Positions 14,275-25,900 of a stretch of DNA of 64,000 nt are shown piece after piece (position 1 is the stretch's first letter; the number at the start of each line of letters is the position of its first letter). The stretch lies in the NCBI GenBank assembly GCA_012295275.1, contig CM022671.1:11780001-11844000 (forward strand). The letters are read 5' to 3'. A program made the translations under genes and the position numbers. Under the pieces are notes generated by a model, which worked only from the letters and a program-made list of their open reading frames with translations, ran no database searches and was not told where the DNA came from. Origin of the DNA: Chrysomallon squamiferum (lineage: Eukaryota > Animalia > Mollusca).

Positions 14275-17200
14275 GTAATAGTAATGTATTTTAGAATTTT
14301 GACAGAATGTTTATTTTATCATATTATATAAATCTGTGAATAAAACCATTGTTGAACAATTTAATAATTTTAGATGCTTTAATTAAATTTTTTCTTCAAA
14401 GGTTTTATTACAGATTTATTTATTACTTTTTATTATTATTATTTTTAAAATTGATTAAGGTCTCAATTTTTATTTTTTTTTTTTTTATATTGCTTTTTTA
14501 AATATTTTATTTGCTTCTTTATTTTAATATACCATGATTAAAATCACGAACACTTCAAACCTTCAGTTAATATCTACTTTGTTATTTACAATTCTGTTTC
14601 AGCGGTTGCCTCAGACATTGTCTTCATACCTGCGAGTGAACTAAAACAACAGCAGTCTGATTCCTACCACAATGTCTCTGCTGAATCTCAAGGAGACCAG
14701 GATTCTCTTGAAAGGATCCAGAAAGTGTTTACTTTGCCAAGACATCACCTCCAGCAGTCTCCTGTCCCCAGCAGTGGTGATGACGAAGTTGCTAGCAGCG
14801 AATCATGTGATGAGGTGATGTTTTTGTCAGTTAACAATAATTGGTTAATTCAAGTTTTTATCACAAAAGTCAGAATTACTTATGTAAATACAGAATTAAA
14901 TCAATGGCTCAGATGTTTGTGAGTTCATAACTGGAATATTCAAAGTTGCTGATATGTTTGTGGTTCAGATAAATAAAACAGGTTAAGATTAAAATAGAGT
15001 AGCTATTAGTGAATAAGAAAAATATATCATTTCAGTAAAATAAAATACAGATTTATTTGAGGGGTTTTAATTATTAGTTTTTATTGTTGTTTTAGCCTTG
15101 CTTTTATTTATTTTTTTATTATTGACATTATTATTATTTTAGATTTTTTATTGTTTTATTTTATTTTATTTTATTAATAACCTCTTCTGTCATGCACATG
15201 TGATATAAATTTTTATTTTCCTCATGGCAATGACTTTACAAAACAAACTGATGTGATATCCACCCTTTTTGTATTAATACTTCCTCTTTTTAACTCTTTT
15301 AAGTTAGGTATAAAATCAGGTGATATACCAAACAGTCTGAAGTGTTTTCCATTGTGTTTGTGAATCCATCTATAGAGAATATCTCAAAATTCATGTGTCC
15401 AGTAACTAATTTTAGCCACAAAAATCATATTTCTGTTGTGAAACAATCAATTGTTATCTTTAGTTTGTAAAATATGTTAAAAGATTGTTAATTTTGAACA
15501 ATAACTTGGTAGACATTACAATATTACATATTTCATGTAATTTCCACATCATATCAGAATTTGAATTTTCTGTACCTTACTTAATGAACTACTAGGAGGG
15601 AGAAAAAAATGTCAAAAGTGACAAAGCTAAATGTACTTTTGTGAAACTTAAGTAAAAATGTATTGATGTGATTTTCCAAATATATTTTTTTCATATTAGC
15701 TGGTAGTAAAACTGATTTTCATGATAAAATTTACTCAAATTTTACCTCAGCCACACACATTACAGTCATTCCAAGTTATACACACAGAAACACATGGGCC
15801 ATTGGTATTGCAATATGTTTGTCACTTCTGATTTTTATCTTCACTTAGCTAGCACTTGGTTTTTTTATTTGTAATTTTTATGTTGTGAATTGTTGTGAAA
15901 TCACATCACTGTGTCTAATTTTTTAAATGAATTTTGTTTTCATTTTTTTTAATTATACCATCAGCAAATAAAAATTAGTAAATAAACATTGATAGTTCTT
16001 CAAAAGTTTAAACATGCAGTTACATACATGACTTGTCATTTTAGCAGTTTTTATACATTAGTAGCTGATTTTGTTTGAAATATTCTTTGATATACATATA
16101 TGAAACTAACATACCAACATAAAGGTCAATGAAGTGATTAACTAGAGAATTGGGTAACATGTTGAACATAGCTGTAGGTGACAACATTACCTTTCAAAAG
16201 TAATTTCAAGTGCTGTGTAAAAATCATTATTAACTTTGAGACAGTTGTGTGGTAGCACTGTTACCATTTTTATTTGTTTTGTTTCTTTTAGTTATTAATG
16301 TTAATGGTATTAAAACTAGTATTATGATGTCCTACTACAATGGTAAATGATAATAATACTATAATAATTATTATATTATAAGTATAAATAAATAAAAATA
16401 ATCATTTCCTAATTCTCTGGTTTTATTCTTTTTCTGTTAAGAACATAATTTTAAATAAATCAGTAAGAGCTAATGTTTAAATAATTACAGATTGACACCA
16501 GCCATGATGAGTCTCCACAGGTGAAAATGCTCAAGTTGAGACAGATTCTTGTAGCTGGAGTTCTTGACAGTGAAAAATCTTACCTCAGTGACCTGGAACT
16601 TCTTTTAACTGTGAGGTTTAACACTTACTTGCTTTTAGCAAATATTGTACTTTTTGTATGTGTATACACAGTTGTATGTGTGTGCATGCATGGATTAAAA
16701 CAGAACAAAATGGCAAATGACACTAACATGGCTACAGTAAAGTAATAATGATGGTTTGTGTGAGACATGTATGTAACATGTCTGTAGTTAAAGAATGCCC
16801 AAAGCTGCACCATTCATCACATTTCATCTTATTCAATTTCTTCTTCATTTGACTCAGTGGATTTTAAAAAAACATGTTTAAATACATTTATGAGATTATC
16901 AAATAGTGCTTTCTTTTATATATATATATATGTTTGATTCCTTTTAATATTTTTAAAAAAAACAGCCACAAAAATTTAAAAAAAATCTACAAAACAAACA
17001 AAATAACAACAATATAACGAACAAAAAACAGGTATACTGAAAAAAGTATGTTTTTTCATTTGATATCTATAATTATTCTTACATAATATTTCCATATCAC
17101 TAACAGATTTTAATTTCATTGTTATTATTACTAAAAATAACTTTTATTACTCTGTTATCTAAAACCTGTCAGAATGATATTTCTTTAAGCTATCTTCTTA

Positions 17201-18541
17201 TTATTAGTTGTTTTGCCTATGCAAACATCATGATCTTGCTTCTTCATTACTCTTATTATTATCATTTATTTTTCTAAACAACTTCCTTCATTGGACTCTC
17301 CAGTTTTTCAGCTGAAGGTGCTTTCATCTTAAGATGGTTTCTAATTGGACTGCTGTTGAATTTAAGCGTTTAAAGTTAGTGTGTGTCTATCACCCAGGAA
17401 GTGTTAACATGACTGAGTCATTAGATCATGATTCAGTTGGGTTCTTAAGTGAATGTTGAAAGTCTAATAAAACATTCACATGACCTACATGACATTTCAA
17501 AGTGTACCTCTCTGAATGAATGGTTCAAACACATAAAAAAATAAGTTATAGAGTTAGCAAGGAAATATTCAACAGACCAAGTCTTTGTTAATATTAAAGT
17601 TCTGGGTTGTTTGACTTTTTGTACATTTTGCTAATTTGTCGTATGGATTACTGAGAAGTGAAAACGTCTTATTTTAACTCATGCAGTTTATTACGTTCAT
17701 TTAAAAAAAAATAAAAAATAAAAGAATGTGTGGTTTTCATGAATATTAAAGTAACTGCTGTTTGGTATTTATTAAAAGTATTAAAAACTTCACTGTTTAC
17801 CCTGTGTTTATGTTAGGCCATATTTACATTAATAACCATTCCTTCTATAGCTATCAAAATCAAAATCATCACAAACAATATAAAATCAGATTATTCTTAA
17901 TTGTACTGAACCTAATTATTATTTTGTAATGTTCTAAACGATATAAAAATAATTATTACACATTCACAGCTTGAGGCAGATGTCATAATTTTGCTGAATT
18001 GCTTTCAGGGTTTCTTTTATCTTTTATCTAGAGTTAGTTGACCTCAAACTAGTACAGAACCATGTATCATTTTATCTCTAGTTAGTATGATCTATACTGC
18101 ATATGTTCTGTTTAAATTAAACAACAGTAACACCAGTAATAATAATAATTATTATAACAATAATAATAATAATTATGATAATTTTTTAAGCCATCTTATT
18201 ATAACAATAATAATAATAATAATAATAAAACATCCAGGTTTTCATCATTATTTTTCTCTGTACCAGTTATAAAAGTGGCTACAAAAGAGATCCCCTCTTG
18301 ACACGTTACTGTTTGACTGATGAAATGAAGTTGATAAAAAAGCTATTATTTTAACAGTGTGCTTACTCATGTATAAAGGTCACAGTGTTTAATGGTCCCT
18401 AACCTAGTTCACATTTCACTTTACAGTAAATAAACACTTGTAGTAAATAAATAGTCAACAACATCAGATAATATATACAGAATCTGTTTGTTTATTGTTT
18501 TTTTACACCATTCTTCATTATAGATATATATGCATGTGTGT

Positions 18542-18594
<53 letters not shown>

Positions 18595-19942
18595 TACACA
18601 CAAGACCATGCTCATACATACATACATATACATATATATATACATACACATGATACATATATATATATATATATATATCATGGGTATGTATATATATATA
18701 TGTATGAAATCAATCTTTTGTTATTTCTATATTTATGTTTCATTATTTATTTATTTATCTATGTTAGCTGAGTGTATGTTATTAATGTTCAGAATTCAGT
18801 ATTTTCAGTACAAACACTGCTGATTGATTTAATGCTGTATTTTCAGTACAAACTGCTGATTGATTTAATGCTGTATTTTCAGTACAAACGCTGCTGATTG
18901 ATTTAATGCTATATTTTCAGTACAAACGCTGCTGATTGATTTAATGCTGTATTTTCAGTACAAACGCTGCTGATTGATTTAATGCTGTCTTTTCAGTACA
19001 AACTCTGCTGATTGATTTAATGCTGTCTTTTCAGTACAAACTGCTGATTGATTTAATGCTGTATTTTCAGTACAAACGCTGCTGATTGATTTAATGCTGT
19101 ATTTTCAGTACAAACGGTCGCTCCTAGCGTCGAGTCACAGCTCTCAGCCCGTGATTCGCCAAGATGACATTGAGGCAATATTCAGCAACATCGACATCCT
19201 CTACCAAGTACATGTAGAGTTTGTCACTGGACTCAAACCTATTGTCAACAGCAAATCAATGGAACAGAGAATTGGAGAAATTTTCAAAATGCTGGTATGT
19301 TTTAGAAATATATATTTTCTTCAGTTGTAAATAAAAACAAAACATCAGACAGAGTGAAATGTTTATAAGAACAGTTGAACTAACATTAAGTTATGAAGAA
19401 AGATATATAAATTAATTTAAAATTAACTGATGAAACAAGATTGCGTTAAAATATTAAATTTATAAAAATAGAATTAATAATATACTTTGTGTGTTTATTT
19501 CATATTTATAATAATTTAATTTAATTTAATTTAATTTAATTTAATAAAATAGTTTTGTTCTTGCTTTAATATTACTTTTATTAACAATTAACTAAATAAT
19601 CTTACTAAAGATTAGTTTTTACAAACTTCCAGTCATAATGATTTCTTTCTTCTTTAAATTTTCCGTTATGACAAAAACTAATTTTGTTACACATTAGATG
19701 AGTTAATGACAGGTGGTGTGTTTTCAGATTTTTAAACTGCCAGTGTATGGGGGATACATGGAGAACTACCAGAAAGCTGTTTCTAAAATACACAGGTGTT
19801 GTGAGGAGAGTCAGAGATTTCAGGAAATAGCTCAGGTGAGAGAGTTAGTGTAAGGCAAATACTTTCAGGTGATTAGTTTTTAATTTGCAGAGAGAACAAT
19901 TGGATTTGTGTAATCAGCCCGTGTCTAAATTCTTCTTGTAAT

Positions 19943-19987
<45 letters not shown>

Positions 19988-20005
19988 ATTTTTATATATA
20001 TATAT

Positions 20006-20036
<31 letters not shown>

Positions 20037-22909
20037 CTTCAGGCAATAAAATTACCCTCAAACAACAAAGAAGTTACAAACCTTGAAGGTAAAACTAGTC
20101 TTCACATTTCACTGACTTAATATAGTCTCTATTCAAAATAAAATTTAACTGTCATCCTTACTTTATTGATCAAATTTATTGACTTATTCATGGCAAGGAT
20201 AATTTTACATACTTTCACTGAGGTTGATTATATTTAAATCTATGGATGTGGGTGTGTCTGTGTTTGTGTGTGTGAGTGTTTTTATGTGTGCATAGGTTTG
20301 TGTGTGTGTGTAGTTTTATGTGTGCATAGGTTAGTGTGTGTGTGTAGTTTTTATGTGTGCATAGGTTTGTGTGTGTGTGTAGTTTTATGTGTGCATAGGT
20401 TTGTGTGTGTGTGTAGTTTTTATGTGTGCATAGGTTTGTGTGTGTGTGTAGTTTTATGTGTGTGTAGTTTTATGTGTGCATAGGTTTGTGTGTGTGTAGT
20501 TTTTATGTGTGCATAGGTTTGTGTGTGTGTAGTTTTTATGTGTGCATAGGTTTGTGTGTGTGTGTAGTTTTATGTGTGCATAGGTTTGTGTGTGTGTAGT
20601 TTTTATGTGTGCATATATTTGTGTGTGTGTAGTTTTATGTGTGCATAAGTTGTGTGTGTGTGTGTGTTTTTATGTGTGCATAGGTTTGTGTGTGTGTAGT
20701 TTTTATGTGTGTGTAGTTTCGTCAAACATTGGGTTAGATGTTTAAAAATGTTTTGTTTTACTTTAGATGCTCTGTTCAAGCCTGTACAGAGACTGCAGAG
20801 AAACACTCTGGTCTTACACGTAAGAAATTATTATCTTATTTTTGTTTTATTATAATGATGTAAAAATCATATCTATACTGATTCTAAAGATTTTAGCTTG
20901 GGGAATAAAAAGTTCTCTCTCCCATTCTTACCTAACAAATCAGCTGAATAAAAAATAAATTATTCCATATCATCATCATCGTCATCATCATTATAGTTTT
21001 TATAATTTTTATCATTATATTATCTGTTGTTATTTATTGTTCAGTTTTTCTCCAACAGTCATCATTTGTTATCATGCTTGAGTCTTTCACATCATCAATG
21101 TCTGCATGTTTCTTATGTTAATGACCTTGAAATGTGATATTTCATAAACTGAAAGTTGAAACTGTTTGACAGAAGTAAGCCTCTCAAAGGTTGTGTTAAC
21201 ACATTAGAAAAACAAACATAAATGCTAAAGATGCAGTAAATTGTCTAAAGAGCAGTAAACAGAATAAACCTGTAAGATATAGCTAGCCACAATACAACCT
21301 TATGTTAGAGATAACAAGATTATACAAGTTTCATTATTATAAAAAATGACAAACTGTATTTTACAAGTGTTCTCATTATAGAGGTTATCATAAATTAAAC
21401 TGTGTATCTAGCACACTGTGTATCTAGGTCACCTTACAGAAATTTTCCAATGCACCTATTCTTAATGTACATACTTTTTATAATGAAAGTAGTATTTAAC
21501 CAGACAAACATACATTTAACTTTTTTATTTTATTTTGTTTATAAAAAAAGACTAATGAATGTTTTTGTTTTGACGGCCAGTAAATATTAAAATATTATAA
21601 TTAATTACAACCACAAATAATTATTTAATTATTTATTTATATTTGTCTAAAGTCAGATTTTATTTATTTTTTAAATTTATCATCATCATCATCAACATCA
21701 TAATCATCAACATCATAATCATCATTATTGATGTTATTATTGTCATCAACATCACCATCAATATCATCATTATTTTATAATCATGATCATTATTGTTGTT
21801 GTTGTTATTATTGTTGTTATTATTACTGTTATTGTTATTATTATTATTATTATTATCAGGATTTGATCAAGTATACTCCAGAAAGCCATCCAGACCATGA
21901 GATTCTGAAGAAAACTTTGAGTCTGTCTCAACACAACTTAGAAACATTTGGAACTGGCATTATGTCCAGTGGAGCACTGGTAAACTAACGTTCTGTGTCA
22001 AACTGACTTTTTTCTTAATTAGAAAAGTGATTGACTTAAAACGACTGTGATGTTGTTGTGTTATGTGAACTTGAGCTGATTCCTGCATAACAGAGTATTT
22101 CACTCAGAAGTGTAACTGTGGTACTGAACTGTTTATGTTTATAAAGTCACATTTAAGTTGCACACAAACAATGATTAGACTAGACCATGCAAAGACTTTT
22201 TTTCACTGCAACATGTGAAAAGAATAGCAATTTCTCTCATTTTCATTTATCTTACATATAAATTGTTCACAAAATTATATTGATCATATTTATTTATTTA
22301 TTTATTTGTTGTTATTATTATTATTTGTGTTGTAGCCAGAAGAAAAGCGTTATTTGGTAAAAAGCAGTTTTCTTGTGGAGCTGGTGAACGGTTCACGTAA
22401 ACTGAGATACATGTTCCTCTTCAACGACATTCTTGTTTGCACCAAGAAAGAAACACACAGGTTAGTTTTAAAAATAAAACAGTTTTCTGTTGAATTTATT
22501 TCTTAATGATTTAACTTTGGGTTTGTATCAAAATACAAACAGTTATAAAATCCTTAAATGTAATTTGAATTAAAATAAATAAATCTTCAGCTTTAAAAGT
22601 AAACCTTTTCACTTAAAAGTTTTAAAATAATCATCAGGATCATCAGTATTATGTTTAGTTTGATTTTGTTGATACTTAAACGGTGTCTGTTTTTGTTGAT
22701 GTTAAATAATTAACAGTAGAAATAATCTTTCAGTTTTTCAGTTTTAAATAAAATAAAATGAGATTATTTAGCTTCTAGTTGAAGGGGAGATAATTTGAAT
22801 TTTTAAATAGAAAATAAAAAAAATTAAAATCTTCTATATAAAATCTGGTAGGCATCTGATATAAGACAAAAACATTCAGAAATCATTATTTTTATTATTT
22901 TTTTTATTG

Positions 22910-22958
<49 letters not shown>

Positions 22959-25900
22959 TAGTAGAAGTAATAGTAATATTATTTATTTATTAATTTATAT
23001 TTATTATACAGACGCAGCAATTCGTTCATCTGTAAATGGTTTACCCCTTTATGTCAGATAACTAGAGATACAACATTTGATTATGAAGGTATGTATGACT
23101 ATCTACTCATCTGATGACTGTAAACTATAGTTTTAACTGACTGAACTGGTATATTACATTTTCATTTCAGGTCTGTTGGTAATGCTACTGTGCCTTTTGA
23201 GAGAATATCAATAACTAGAGAATTTGTTAATTGTTTTAATTTGTTGTGTAGATGATCAGAAGTACTCGTGGAGAGAAGAGATTGAGGAGATGAAAAGAAA
23301 GATAGGAAATCTCAAGTCAGACCTGAGAGCTGAGCTGAAAAGAGAAGGCAGCACAAAAGAGGTAAAATAGTTTTTAAATAACTTTTATTTTTAAAACAAA
23401 TAATTCTATTTGTAAATTATATAAAAATAAACAGTTTTTTCTTGCTGTTACTGAAATTTAAAAATGTTCCATATTTTATTGTTTTGCTATTAAATAACAA
23501 AGAATATTGTTTACTTTTTTCTTTCTCTCTGTAATGCTAATTAACAAAGTATTAAAGATTAATACAAAAATAGATTTTGACATCTTTTCTTTCAGAAACA
23601 TTGGTCTATTGGTGGAATGGCTGCAGCTAGAAGTGTGGAGAAACTGAAAAAGAAAATTCAGGAACTGGTGAGTAGCTTGTGTTAAACATACTTTGACCTG
23701 CAGTTACCACTTTTCTTCTTTAACACGTCTTATCTAACAGACATGTTTTTCTCATATTATTAACACTTGATATAAAATAAATATTTTTACTGAATGAATA
23801 TTATTGACTGAATTTTGAAATTTGACATTTTCTCCTTTGTTAACAGGAAGCCTCTTTGATCCTGGCCTCTCCCAAACTTCCTGTCAAACTGTCTCATGAA
23901 AAGGGAAAGTTTCACACGTTGCTAATGACAACAGACTACGAGAGAGAAGAGTGGATGGAAGCCATGACACTTTTATGCAAAAAATGTATGTGTGTCATGT
24001 GACTTGAATGTTTTATAATAAGTGAAGAAAATTTGGAGTTCATGTTGAATTAGGAAAATTAGTAATTAGCAAGATTCTATCATTTGTGTACACACTTACT
24101 ACAGTTATATTTATCAGAAATTATCAGATGATAATCTAATGTTTTCATTATTCAGCATTTACCAATAGCTTTTTGTTGTGTTGGATTACAAATTGAAGAT
24201 TAACTTTGTTTTTCTAAACTTTCACACTGTCCAAATCACTGTGTGTCTCCTAATTTAAGTAAACACTTTTTTATCTTCTTTCTATATTTTATATTGTATG
24301 AAAGTAAAATAATATTTTTTGTGTTAAACGTAACCAGGTGCTAATACAGAACCACCATCTTTAAGTGCCTATGACGTCCAGGAACTAGTTAACAGTGTGA
24401 AAGAGGTAAGAACCAAAACTTTCAACTTCACTCTAAAGATAATTTAGTTGAATTTTTCCTTTTTTAAATTACAATGTACATAAAACAGTAAATCATAGTT
24501 ATAGTTTAATTGTGCAGTTAAACCATTTTTAATCATCTCATTCTAAGACAGACTGACAGAACAGATATAAAATAAAATAACTGAGAACAAGTTTAACACC
24601 TAATTATTTAACATTTTGAAAATATGAAATTCTGATTGAGTTTTTTTATTATTTAATATCTTGTTTTTTTTTTGTTTTTTTATTTTCCTGTCAGCAACCG
24701 CAAGTTAATAAACTAGGATCAGTATTAATGCAGAATGGTGAGCAAACTGCATTTTCTTTAACACATCTTCTAGAATTTCTGATATTTTCTGTCATTATTT
24801 AAATAATTTTATTTTTCTTGGATAACTTCTTTTCTTTTTAAAATTACATTGTTCTCACTTTTAAGATTTGTGTGTGTGTGTGTCCATGTTTGTGTATCTG
24901 TGTGGTTTTAAAAATAAAGAAAAATAAACATTCCTGTATCAGGAATTGATATTAAAGAAAAATGTCAAGTAAATGTTGATAAACTAATATTAATACAAAA
25001 TATAAACAATGGTTCTGAAGACTACCAATAGACATTGTGTTACTGTGTAATCAAATTAATAACATTATATAACACAAGGTGTAATAACAAAATATTTCAC
25101 TGATCAAATATTAATACTAAGTACAGTAAAGTAATGTATTATTTTGCTATGTTATGTTATTTTTTGGGTGTGTGGTTTCAGATGAAGACATGTTTAATGG
25201 AACACTAAATGTCACAATCCACAAACTTAATGGCTTAAACAGAAAATGTGGTAAGTATTTATATATCACATACAAACATTAAAAAACATTTAGCAGCTTT
25301 TTATTACTATAACTTTTTGTTTTGTTTTTACTCTATTCAGTGTAGCAATGGTTTATATTTCATTTTGTATTAAGAATCTCGTGTTACTTATATTCACTAA
25401 ATAATGCAACAATTAAATCCATCATCTGATTTCATCTTGAAAGTTATCAGTTTTGCAAACATTTTATCTTTGTGTGTGTGCATTTTATCTTTATGAGTAT
25501 TCTGTGACAAGACTTTTGATAAAAGGACAGAAAAATGCATAAATTTATTTTTGTATTTTATTACAGACACATACTGTTGTCTGGAAATGGACTCATATGA
25601 TCATTTCTTCATGAAGGCACGTTCACACATTTGTCCAGCATCATCTGACCCATCATGGGATGAGGATTTTGAGTTGGAACTAGATGGGTCACAAACTTTA
25701 CGAGTATTAGTGTATGAGAAAAGAAAAGATAAATCTGATGAACTGTTAGGAAGAGGGGCTATGGAGGTAATATTCATACAACAATATTATGAAGCGAATG
25801 GAATTATATGAAATATTTACATCTAAACTATTATTTATTTTAAGTAATTTTATTTAATTTTTAAAATGGTAATGAATATTTAAATTAATATTGACTGAAA

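Noticed and set aside
23171-23178. tttcag|GTCTGTTG|gtaatg 8-nt microexon in the BCR PH region
   Set aside because: Not frame-preserving and no compensating partner; the flanking exons join cleanly without it.
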